47,485 nucleotides of DNA, taken from positions 1-47,485 of the IMG/VR virus record IMGVR_UViG_3300030329_003021. The stretch is one strand, 5' to 3'. Position 1 is the first letter of the stretch. Each line of letters opens with the position of its first letter. Made by a program: the position numbers and the translations under genes. Under the pieces are notes generated by a model. It saw nothing but the letters and a program-made list of their open reading frames with translations, made no database searches and was not told the DNA's origin. Below, piece by piece: positions 34,908 through 44,394 of this stretch. The DNA is from a virus (Duplodnaviria > Caudoviricetes).

Positions 34908-34910
34908 CGC

Positions 34911-35144
34911 ATGGCGAAGGGATATTCTAGGGACTTTATAGAACTTATTCAAAATGCAGATGATAGTTTACTGGGGGTTAAGTTGGGTGGTATTTGTGTT
35001 CAAAATGACATCCCAGTAAACGATGTCGCTGAATTTTTAAAAGTTACTCGTATGACTATTTACAATTGGTTTACAGGTAAAACTAGAGTTCGGGGTCCAT
35101 ATTTAGAAGAAGTAAAAAAGTTAATAAAAAAATTAGAACAATAA
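34911..35144 (+). CDS. Cro/CI-type HTH protein
   Basis: VNDVAEFLKVTRMTIYNWFTG. Confidence 0.8.
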   Translation: MAKGYSRDFIELIQNADDSLLGVKLGGICVQNDIPVNDVAEFLKVTRMTIYNWFTGKTRVRGPYLEEVKKLIKKLEQ

Positions 35145-35160
35145 AATATGAGAAACTTTT

Positions 35161-38043
35161 ATGTTATCAAAAAAAGACTTTTTTTCTTTTGTTCTACCAA
35201 CAAATGGTTCGTATTGTTTATTTACTTTGAAAGATGTAGGACAGCCTGAGAAAGTAACCAAACAAATATTTGTAGATACAAAGGAAGAATTAGTATTAAA
35301 AACAGATGAATTAATTAAAGACAAATGGGATATTTATGTAGCTGTTGCAACTTTTAATGGTGATGGTCGCCGTACAAAAGAAAAAGCAAAAGCAATTAAA
35401 TGTTTTTTTGTAGATATAGATTGTGGAGAAAAGAAACCTTACAAGACCCAAGAGGAAGGAACATTAGCACTAAAGAAGTTTTGTAAGAAAACAAATCTTT
35501 GCAAACCATCTTTAATTATTAATTCAGGTAATGGGCTGCACGTTTACTGGGTCTTAGAGAATGAAATAGAAACTTCTAAGTGGGTAGGGATTGCTGAATC
35601 TTTAAAAAGTTCGTGTATTAGTGAGGGCTTCTTAGTTGATAATGCAGTAACAGCAAATGCTGCACAGATATTAAGAGTTCCAGAAACTTTAAATTTTAAA
35701 AATAACAATGATCCAAAGCCGGTAGAAGTCTTATTGCATGGAGCTAAATTAAATCTTTCCTCTATGCAGGATTGTTTAAATACAGATATATCTATCTTTG
35801 AAGAATTAAAGAACAGAGATTTTTCTAAACAAATAAATCCTACGTCTCTAACACTTCAAAAAAACTACAAAAATATATTTAAAACAATCTATAAGAAATC
35901 CATGCAGGGTGTGGGGTGCGCTCAAATAAAATATGCGTATGAGAATCAAGAAACTTTAGCAGAACCTTTGTGGCGAGCCATGTTGTCTATAGCAGAAAGA
36001 TGTGTAGATAAGGAAACAGCAATAAAAAAGATGTCTCAAAAGTATCCTAAATACAATATGGAGGAGGCACTTAATAAAGCAAGTTTAACAAAAGGCCCAT
36101 ATACTTGCGCTTGGTATAAAAAAGAAAACTCTAAAATATGTGAAGGATGTAAGTTAAAAATAACCTCCCCTATAATCATTGGTAAAGAGGTAATACAAGC
36201 ATCAGAAGAAGATAATGTCATAGACGTAATTGAGAACGGTACTGAAAACAAAAAGACTTACAATATACCTGAGTATCCTTTTCCATTTTATCGGGGAAAA
36301 GTTGGGGGTATATATAGAAGAGCAGATGTACCTAAAAATAGTGATGAAGTAGTTAGAGATGAATTAATCTACCCATATGACTTTTATGTTGTTAAAAGAA
36401 TCCATGACCCAGAAGATGGGGAAAGTATTTTATTACGGTTACATCTACCAAAAGATGGGGTAAGAGAGTTTATAATACCTTTGAGTTCTACACTAGCTAA
36501 AGATAAATTTTTATCTTCTATATCATTTCATGGCATAACCGTACTAGGAAAGAAACAGGATCATCTTATGCAATATATAAATAGATCAGTAGAGAAATTA
36601 CAAAGCGAAAAGAAAGCAGAGATTGCTAGACGACAATTTGGTTGGACAGAAGACGATGGTGTTTTTGTTTATGGTGATAAAGAAATTAAAGTTGGTGCAA
36701 AAGAACCTATGTATAGCCCTCCTACCACGGCTACTCTTATTCTTGTTCCAATGTTTCACGAAAAAGGGGATTTTCACACATGGAAAGATATTATAAACGC
36801 TTATGCACATGAAGATAGAATAGGTAAAGCTTTTGCATTTTTTATGGGTTTTGGTGGCCCTCTTATGAAGTTTGTAGGAGATGGTATGTTAGACGGGCTA
36901 TTATTTAATTTATTTTCTCCGGGTAGTGGGGTAGGTAAATCCTCTGTGCTTCATTTAATGAATAGCATTTATGGTAATCCAAAAGCTTTAATATTAAAGT
37001 CTAGTGACACACATAACTCTCGTATGCAAAGGTTAGGCACTATGCAAAACCTAACACCCACAATTGATGAAATAACAAACTTAGATCCAAGATTAATGAG
37101 TGATCTGGTATATGACATTACATCTGGACGAGGTAAAAATAGAATGGACGCAAGAGTAAATAGAGAAAGACTTAATAAAACTACTTGGTCTATACCTGTG
37201 GTATCAACATCTAACACAAGAATTAGAGATGCTCTTTTATCAATTAAAGCTTTTCCTGACGCTGAATTAATGCGTGTATTAGAAGATAAATTACCCGTTG
37301 ATAAGTTTGATGATCCTACTTGGTCTAAAGCACATTTTGGTAGGGTAAGTAAACACTATGGGCATGCTATAAAGCCATATATAGAATATTGTGTGAACAA
37401 TTTACCAGATGTAATTGCAAGACTTAATGAAATAAATGAAAAAATGGATAAAGCTGCTGAAATAAAAAACACAGAAAGGTTTTGGTCAGCAGGCACAGCC
37501 GTGGCACTAACAGGAGGTATTATAGCTAAAGAGTTAGGCTTGCACGACATACCTATACAACCTGTTTTTGATTATGCAGTTAGTCTTGTAAAAAGTAGTC
37601 GTAAGAGTAACAAAGATTCTTTAACTGAATATGGGGAAATATTGGGGGCTTTCTTAAACTCGCATCCTTTAGGTATTACAGTTGTTAATGTTAAAAAAGA
37701 TAAACGCACTGGGTTAGATATGGGCGCTATAAAAGAACCTAGAACTTCATGCGTGGCCAGAATAGAAAAAGATGAGAATAGACTATACGTATCTAAATCT
37801 ATGTATCAACAATATTGTAGTAAAAACTTTATAAGTTTTGAGGATTCTTTGTTGGATTATAAGAAAAACGGTTCTTACAGAGGTATAAAAAAGAAAAGAA
37901 TGTTAGCAGGTACATCCATTGCTAGTGCATCAAATAGTGTTCGATGCCTTGAGTTTGATACTAAAAAGTTAGATAGTTTTGATTTAGAGGTGTTTACAGA
38001 TGATAAAGATAATGGGTCTAGCAGTGAAGATATCTTGGATTGA
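35161..38043 (+). CDS. Primase-helicase fusion (RepB-like primase plus DUF927-type helicase)
   Basis: FVDIDC, NSGNGLHVYW, ILRVPET; Cys cluster; RQFGW; Walker A SGVGKS, Walker B TIDE. Confidence 0.88.
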   Translation: MLSKKDFFSFVLPTNGSYCLFTLKDVGQPEKVTKQIFVDTKEELVLKTDELIKDKWDIYVAVATFNGDGRRTKEKAKAIKCFFVDIDCGEKKPYKTQEEGTLALKKFCKKTNLCKPSLIINSGNGLHVYWVLENEIETSKWVGIAESLKSSCISEGFLVDNAVTANAAQILRVPETLNFKNNNDPKPVEVLLHGAKLNLSSMQDCLNTDISIFEELKNRDFSKQINPTSLTLQKNYKNIFKTIYKKSMQGVGCAQIKYAYENQETLAEPLWRAMLSIAERCVDKETAIKKMSQKYPKYNMEEALNKASLTKGPYTCAWYKKENSKICEGCKLKITSPIIIGKEVIQASEEDNVIDVIENGTENKKTYNIPEYPFPFYRGKVGGIYRRADVPKNSDEVVRDELIYPYDFYVVKRIHDPEDGESILLRLHLPKDGVREFIIPLSSTLAKDKFLSSISFHGITVLGKKQDHLMQYINRSVEKLQSEKKAEIARRQFGWTEDDGVFVYGDKEIKVGAKEPMYSPPTTATLILVPMFHEKGDFHTWKDIINAYAHEDRIGKAFAFFMGFGGPLMKFVGDGMLDGLLFNLFSPGSGVGKSSVLHLMNSIYGNPKALILKSSDTHNSRMQRLGTMQNLTPTIDEITNLDPRLMSDLVYDITSGRGKNRMDARVNRERLNKTTWSIPVVSTSNTRIRDALLSIKAFPDAELMRVLEDKLPVDKFDDPTWSKAHFGRVSKHYGHAIKPYIEYCVNNLPDVIARLNEINEKMDKAAEIKNTERFWSAGTAVALTGGIIAKELGLHDIPIQPVFDYAVSLVKSSRKSNKDSLTEYGEILGAFLNSHPLGITVVNVKKDKRTGLDMGAIKEPRTSCVARIEKDENRLYVSKSMYQQYCSKNFISFEDSLLDYKKNGSYRGIKKKRMLAGTSIASASNSVRCLEFDTKKLDSFDLEVFTDDKDNGSSSEDILD

Positions 38044-38200
38044 TTTTAAACCTGATACTTCCATTTTTATCCCCTGTTTAGATATAAACCCCGTAAAAGA
38101 ATATGTTTTAGCAGAAGCAAATAGGCGTAAATATGACGTAATATGCAAACAAGTGGTGGAGAAGAACAAATATGGGTTGCGATGTTGGAGAGTAAAATGA
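38000..38200 (+). CDS. Small hypothetical protein
   Basis: W..F....SIFIPC...GLRCWRV; last plus-strand gene. Confidence 0.7.
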   Translation: MIKIMGLAVKISWIDFKPDTSIFIPCLDINPVKEYVLAEANRRKYDVICKQVVEKNKYGLRCWRVK

Positions 38201-38207
38201 TAACATT

Positions 38208-38324
38208 GGGTGTAATTTACTCATTTTAAATTACCCTGACTTTTTTGTGGTTTGACTCTCCTTCCCAAATGATAAAAAAGTCTACTTGCCCTTGGTGGTT
38301 GGACATACCATCAAGGGCTTTTTT
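38208..38324 (+). ncRNA. Candidate small RNA or structured 3' element with anti-Shine-Dalgarno loop
   Basis: Three consecutive hairpins; middle loop ACTCTCCTTCC; possible TTGCGA-18-TAACAT promoter with extended -10 TG at 38177-38206. Confidence 0.5.
38288..38324 (+). terminator. Intrinsic terminator at the convergence point
   Basis: GCCCTTGGTGGT-TGGACAT-ACCATCAAGGGC-TTTTTT. Confidence 0.85.
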
Positions 38325-41300
38325 ATCTACCTAAGATATTTTTCTTTATATACGGTATATTTATAATCCGTATAATGTCGTTATCTAACTTATCTATCTC
38401 ATTCACTAACCTAGTTTTTTCTGCTGATGGTAAGGTACGATCTTCATTTATAATCCGTTTAAGCGCCCTAGTATCACTAAGTTGCGTTTGAACTGCTCGC
38501 ACTGATTCACCTAAAATATATAGTTTAAGGTTTTCATCTTCTTCTAAAAGCCTAATTAAACCTTCAAAATCTTGACGATTTATTAATAAGTTAACTGTGT
38601 CCGTAACTCTTGCCTGTTCATCTCTAAATTTATAGTATTCCGACTTATCACCAGACGGTATCTTGTCATACGAAAAAGTTTTAAATGCAGGTAATTCATA
38701 CAGGTTATATTCCTTACGCCCCATAACTTTAGAACTAATCACGTTAGTTAAATCTATTAAAGTGCCCCCTGCTATACCTGTCATTCCTCTAATAAGATAT
38801 TCTGTTTTTATAGGACTTAATCCAGTAAACCGACCAATAATTTTAGTTAATTCAGATGTTGAAGAAGTAAATTGTTCCTCCGAAGCCACATCTTCTAATC
38901 CTCTAGGAACTATGGGAGCATCTCTAAAGAATGAGTAATTTAAAAACACTTCAGCAGGGGCTTTAAAAGCTTGGGGTGTTAAGTTAGGACTAGAGAATGA
39001 ATCAAAAGCCGCACGTGTTAGGTTTTCTCTAAATGTTTGAGCATCTTCTGGTCTTGCTGTACCTTGACTAATAACATAATTAATAGATCTTTCAGGTATA
39101 ACTTTAAACAAAAACCCTATCTCTGGAGCAACAGGTATTTTACGGCCCGTACCGGGTATTATAAAGTTTTTATCTTTTACGTACTCATTTTGTTGTTGAT
39201 ACTCTTCGTCCTCTCCAACTAAGAACGTATAAATTGTACTAAGTGTCGCCAGTTTGAGGCCTGCTTTTAAGAATAATCTTTGTGCTATATATTTTTCCCT
39301 TTGGCTAACGCCCACACCTTGCATGGTTCTTAAATACACACTCATACCTTGAATATAAGCGTTCATAAACGGAACAATTTGTCTTAACACACTTACATAT
39401 CTATTTGCACCTTGACGTTTAAAATTAATAATTTCTTGCGCTGCAATACGTGCTGCTAATACATCACCATCAGGAAACTGTTCTGATTTTGTTTCTTCTA
39501 AAGTTTGCTCATACACAGCCCTTCTTAGGTTAGCATCCGATGCTATTGAAAAGTTTTCAAAAAAATCAAAAAATTTTCTAGTTCTACCTCTTTGTTTTAA
39601 GTTAAAAGCAGTAAGCACTTCATCTTTTTCTCTTCCCGGCATAAAATCATATGCGCCTACGATACCATACCGCTTTAATTGTTCCACTACTTCATTTGTA
39701 CCTAATCTAACTGAACCATAACTTAACGGATTTATAACTCTGGTTGCTGTTTTGAATGGGTTATCTGTTCCTGATAAAGTCATAGCTCTAAAACTATCTT
39801 GAAACAACTGACTAATAGCAAACTGTGGTGTTGCAGTAACACCTTTTCTTAATAAATTAGACAAACCTGTCATAGCTTTTATAATAGGTCCACTTATCAC
39901 TTCAAGACCTTTAAACGCATACACGTCTAAGATATCGTCAAATGCGTAGTATTCTGCCTTACCATTTCTATATACGGTTACTATATTATCTGCATCTTTA
40001 TCTACATTTTTATCCGGAATTTTTTCTATATTTAAATCATTTTTAATCCAAGTATCTACAATAGATAAAGCCGCATGGTTACGCATAGAACTTTTGACCA
40101 TCCAAAACGTAAGACCAACCATATTTTCTAAAACACTATTTATTTCGTCTTTACTACCCTTTAGTGGCCCCATTTCTCTAGTGCTAAGTGGTTTAAAAAA
40201 TTGTGCAGGAGTTTGTGAAAATATCTTTTCTTCATTTTCTTTTATTCTGTCCCAAGGCACATACCCTATAGCCTTTTTCCACTCTGTTGCCCTTTCTTTA
40301 GATAGTCTTCCAGCGTCAACCATATTATCAAGCAAGCCGTTTTTAAAAGAAGTAAATTCTTGATGAATTTCATTTATTATGTCGTATCTTTTTAGTATCT
40401 CTTCCCCTACTTTTATTTGCTCCTTAGTAGGTAATAACTCATCAGGGATTATACCTTTTCCTATTAAGTCTTTTGCTCTAATTATAATTAAACCATCATT
40501 AACTAATTTTTCTGCTTTTTTAATATCTCCTAGCTCTTCTCCTAACCTACCAACTTTCTCAAATACCCCTGTTAAAGAAGCATCTCCTTGAGTAGCTTCA
40601 AACCCAGATACCTTGTTAAAAACTAACCTACCCAACCTCATCACTGCGGTAGACAAAGAATCAGCATGTTCTGTTTGTAACATTAATATATCAGGTCTAA
40701 TATCGCCTATCGCATCTCTAGTTTTATTGTTGTATAATTTTCTTGCTTTTCTCTCAACAGAAGACCCTTTGTATGCTATTTGTGCTTCTAGTTTCCTTGC
40801 AACATTAGAAAGAAATCTAGGCGCTTCAAAAATAGCACTAGATATTGTGCTAAAAAAACCGGGTGTTGGGCCTTTAGAATTAGAAACATTCATATCTAAA
40901 AAGTTATTGACTAACATATCATCAGCCATGACTGAAGCATCTCTAAACATAAACCTCTCAGCACCTGTTTCTGTGCCTACGGTTTTTTTACGCTCTGCCT
41001 TTACTTTGTTATTTATCACATAATTAGCAGACTGAGCAATAATATCTTGTACTTCGATATTATTTAAAATAGGAAATCCTAAATCCTGCATGGCTCGTTT
41101 TATTGCTTTTAGAGACGCACGGAGTAGCTTTTGCAAAGCTGCCATAAACCCTTCTTGCCCTGCCTCAGGTCTTCTTCCGACAAATGTATTCTCCACTGCC
41201 ACTGCAATTAATTCTTCAACAGCTTCCTCTTTAGATAGTCCTTGTTCTTTCATTAGTTGGTTGGCAGCATATTGTATTTCTTTGTCGGTGTTATACAACC

Positions 41301-44300
41301 TATTCATAGTTTCTTTATAATCTTTACCAAGAATAGATCTAAGACCATAGTGTCCTATAGATTCGTGCAGAATAGTTTTTAATACATCTTTTTTGTTTGT
41401 GTTATTAGCTGCTATGACATAAACAGTGTTTGTATTACTGTCAAATATACCTTTTATGTTTCTCTGCTGTTCGGGTGATAACCTATTTAGTTTCTCAAGA
41501 CTATACATACCCTCCATAATTCTATCCACACCGCCTACAGCCATATCTTGTTCTGTGATTTTTATTAAATCAGGAAAGTTATTTACAACTTTAATTTCAG
41601 GTGCGTTTTTCCAACCTTTTGTTAGCTCTTTTACAAAACCCTCTATACGTCCAACAAATTCAGGAACTTCTATAATCTCAGGTTCTTTTCTTCTACCTCT
41701 TGGCGGTTTTTCAGCTTTTTCTCCTTTAAATTTAGGAGTTACACGAACATTTTCTACTTTCTCTATAAATTCAACTGCTTTTGCTTCGGTTGGTGAAACC
41801 TCTCTTACTTCTTTTTTAACTTCTTCATATATCCCTTGTAGTTCTTTTATATCATTTAGTAATAAATCTTTTTCGCCTTGCAGCTCTATATCATCAGGTT
41901 TTTCTTTTAATTCTTTATTTACATCTCTTAAATCTAATTCTGCTTTTATTAATTCTGCTCTTGCAGCGGCGAGTTTTCTAATTGGTCCTTTTATTAATAA
42001 ATCTTGTATTTCTTTTGCAGAATTATCTACATAGCTTTTTTGCGCTTTATTTAATTTGTTATAAACTTTTCTAGCGGCTCCTCTAGCTCTTTTTTGTGGT
42101 CTTAACAAATCTCCCGCTAGTAAACGTAATCTTCTTTTATTTAAACCGTCTTTCCCTTTACCGCCTTCAGCTACAAACTGTTCTACATATTTATTAAATA
42201 CTTTTTGTTCTGCAGTTTGTGACTCTTCATATTCTTCTCTAGTAGCAGCTTTTTGTTCCTCTGTGGCTCCTGCAGGTGAGCTTAGTCTTTCAACATAAGG
42301 TTGGTATAAATTTAAAGCAGGATTGTTTTCAAATATCGTATCTTTTGTTATTGTGTTAACATTTTTTTGTTCTAATTTAACTACTTTTTTCTCTTTATTA
42401 AACTCTTTTTGTATTTTTGGTACAATAGCTTGGTCACGAATTAAACTTGGGTCTTCTGCATAAGCTCTACTAAAGTCTTTCAATGTCATATTCGCACGAA
42501 CATTAGCCTCTGCGCCTCTTTCTTGTACAGAATCTCTATAGTCATCACCCTCTCTATCCGAGTAATATTCTTTTAGTAAAATATTTTTTTGTTCAGGTGT
42601 AGAATTTTCTATTGCTTCACGGAAAAAGTTTTGTTGGTCAGAAGTAAGAAACACTCCCGGTTTCCCTGCTTCTCTAGCAATATTAAGCGCTTGCTCAAAC
42701 GTGTTTTCAACAACTTTTTTCCTATTTTTATCAGATTTTTCTTTTATTCTTGGTAAAAATTCTTCAATCTTAGTTGCTACATTAGGATGTCCTTTAGCAT
42801 ACGTATCTAAAGCATCGTAAAAATCAGGATTCGTAATAGACTCACCCTTTAAATTAGGATTAGCTCTAAAAAAAGAACGTGCGGATTGAGATGGAAGATT
42901 AATCTTTTGTTTTAAAAAATCAGCAGTAATTTTATCCGTATTTTTTATTTTAGTGTCAACTTGATTTTTTCTTTTATTTATTCTGTTATTAGCATCCTTT
43001 GTTCTATTTTTAAAAGAAGGTACATTTACGTTTTTTTGTGCCTCATCTAAGTTACGGTTTTTATCTACTTCTCCTGATGTAACTTGGTTTGCGGTATCAG
43101 GAGTTATATCACCCTTTTCATCAAATAATCCTAATTGAGTATCTGGCACTGAAATTGGAGATACAAAACCTTTTTTTCTTTCAGCTTCTGGTAATAATTT
43201 TTTCTTTTTTTCAACCTTTCCTCTTAAATTTTTTATATAATTTTCTATTTTTTGTATTTGTGGTTCTATTTTTGCTCTATCTTGAGGGGCAGATATTTTT
43301 TGTTGTTCTATCAAATCTTTTTTGTTTCTTTCAAATCTAGTTAAATCTTGCTCCGCTTCTAATATATATTGTCTAGCTTCTTCTCTATCTTCTTCTTTTG
43401 TTATCGGTCCCTCAACTCTCTTTTCTGCCGCTTTTATTAATTCTGATTGCGCTTTATCTTCTTCTGTAGGTTGTGGTAATCCTGTTAATGCAAGTTGATC
43501 GCCTTTCTCAATGGGTCTTTCTTTTGGTTTGGCTGGTTCAATTTTTCTAGCTCTTGGTACGGCTAAGTCAAACAACCCTTGTGCTAACGCACCAACTGCG
43601 CCACCATATGCGGCTTCTTCTCCTATACCTTCTACAAGTTCTTGTTCAGGTTTATACCCACTTTTTGCAATCGCATTTTGTGCAAACCCTGCAGCGGCTT
43701 CTGTAGCTGCTTCTATCCCACCTGTCTCTAACGCTCTACCAACTCTTTGCACACCACTTTCAATAACACCTGCGTCTAATTTTTTTAATATCCTAGCAGG
43801 GGCAAAAAGTTCTAATAGACCTACAGGTGCACCATACGCTGTTGCTGTTGCTATTTGTTCTGGAGTAGCTTCTGCTTCTTCTGCACGTAACCTAGCTTCT
43901 CCTGCTCCTGCGCCCGTAGCTAATGCAGTAACTGCAGCTTTACCAACTATACCAAAAGGAGCAAACGCTAAAAATGGAATAAAAGAACCAAATGCTTCGC
44001 CAAACTTCCTACCAACAGTTTCTTCATATCCGGGAGTTGGCGCTGCAAATTCTTTAAATGGTTTTAATACATCTGTTGCTGTATCACGGATACCTTGCTC
44101 TGTTACAAGGCCCTCGTCATCTGCTAATGCAGAAGCACCAACAGCCGCAGTTTCAACTAACCCTGCCGCACCGGGAATAATACCTTTAAAAAATTCCTTT
44201 GTTTGGCCAGTTATGTCGCTAAAGTCAAGCTCGTCATCTGTTGCTTTTAGGGCTGTCGTTAACTGATCGTAATTTAAACCTTCAGACTGTAAATACATTT

Positions 44301-44382
44301 CTACTGTACCTTCAGGAGCTTCTGAATTTGCTATTTTTAAGACATTTCTAGCTATTGCTTCATATCTTTGTCTTGGAGTCAT
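38323..44382 (-). CDS. Large internal virion/polyvalent protein, 2019 aa, with metallopeptidase-like motif and LPD38-like C-terminus
   Basis: A/G-rich N-terminus; ILHESIGHYGL followed by EE; INFKRQG...PFMNAYIQG and EVFLNYSFFRDAPIVP. Confidence 0.75.
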   Translation of the reverse strand: MTPRQRYEAIARNVLKIANSEAPEGTVEMYLQSEGLNYDQLTTALKATDDELDFSDITGQTKEFFKGIIPGAAGLVETAAVGASALADDEGLVTEQGIRDTATDVLKPFKEFAAPTPGYEETVGRKFGEAFGSFIPFLAFAPFGIVGKAAVTALATGAGAGEARLRAEEAEATPEQIATATAYGAPVGLLELFAPARILKKLDAGVIESGVQRVGRALETGGIEAATEAAAGFAQNAIAKSGYKPEQELVEGIGEEAAYGGAVGALAQGLFDLAVPRARKIEPAKPKERPIEKGDQLALTGLPQPTEEDKAQSELIKAAEKRVEGPITKEEDREEARQYILEAEQDLTRFERNKKDLIEQQKISAPQDRAKIEPQIQKIENYIKNLRGKVEKKKKLLPEAERKKGFVSPISVPDTQLGLFDEKGDITPDTANQVTSGEVDKNRNLDEAQKNVNVPSFKNRTKDANNRINKRKNQVDTKIKNTDKITADFLKQKINLPSQSARSFFRANPNLKGESITNPDFYDALDTYAKGHPNVATKIEEFLPRIKEKSDKNRKKVVENTFEQALNIAREAGKPGVFLTSDQQNFFREAIENSTPEQKNILLKEYYSDREGDDYRDSVQERGAEANVRANMTLKDFSRAYAEDPSLIRDQAIVPKIQKEFNKEKKVVKLEQKNVNTITKDTIFENNPALNLYQPYVERLSSPAGATEEQKAATREEYEESQTAEQKVFNKYVEQFVAEGGKGKDGLNKRRLRLLAGDLLRPQKRARGAARKVYNKLNKAQKSYVDNSAKEIQDLLIKGPIRKLAAARAELIKAELDLRDVNKELKEKPDDIELQGEKDLLLNDIKELQGIYEEVKKEVREVSPTEAKAVEFIEKVENVRVTPKFKGEKAEKPPRGRRKEPEIIEVPEFVGRIEGFVKELTKGWKNAPEIKVVNNFPDLIKITEQDMAVGGVDRIMEGMYSLEKLNRLSPEQQRNIKGIFDSNTNTVYVIAANNTNKKDVLKTILHESIGHYGLRSILGKDYKETMNRLYNTDKEIQYAANQLMKEQGLSKEEAVEELIAVAVENTFVGRRPEAGQEGFMAALQKLLRASLKAIKRAMQDLGFPILNNIEVQDIIAQSANYVINNKVKAERKKTVGTETGAERFMFRDASVMADDMLVNNFLDMNVSNSKGPTPGFFSTISSAIFEAPRFLSNVARKLEAQIAYKGSSVERKARKLYNNKTRDAIGDIRPDILMLQTEHADSLSTAVMRLGRLVFNKVSGFEATQGDASLTGVFEKVGRLGEELGDIKKAEKLVNDGLIIIRAKDLIGKGIIPDELLPTKEQIKVGEEILKRYDIINEIHQEFTSFKNGLLDNMVDAGRLSKERATEWKKAIGYVPWDRIKENEEKIFSQTPAQFFKPLSTREMGPLKGSKDEINSVLENMVGLTFWMVKSSMRNHAALSIVDTWIKNDLNIEKIPDKNVDKDADNIVTVYRNGKAEYYAFDDILDVYAFKGLEVISGPIIKAMTGLSNLLRKGVTATPQFAISQLFQDSFRAMTLSGTDNPFKTATRVINPLSYGSVRLGTNEVVEQLKRYGIVGAYDFMPGREKDEVLTAFNLKQRGRTRKFFDFFENFSIASDANLRRAVYEQTLEETKSEQFPDGDVLAARIAAQEIINFKRQGANRYVSVLRQIVPFMNAYIQGMSVYLRTMQGVGVSQREKYIAQRLFLKAGLKLATLSTIYTFLVGEDEEYQQQNEYVKDKNFIIPGTGRKIPVAPEIGFLFKVIPERSINYVISQGTARPEDAQTFRENLTRAAFDSFSSPNLTPQAFKAPAEVFLNYSFFRDAPIVPRGLEDVASEEQFTSSTSELTKIIGRFTGLSPIKTEYLIRGMTGIAGGTLIDLTNVISSKVMGRKEYNLYELPAFKTFSYDKIPSGDKSEYYKFRDEQARVTDTVNLLINRQDFEGLIRLLEEDENLKLYILGESVRAVQTQLSDTRALKRIINEDRTLPSAEKTRLVNEIDKLDNDIIRIINIPYIKKNILGR

Positions 44383-44394
44383 GATATTTTACCT

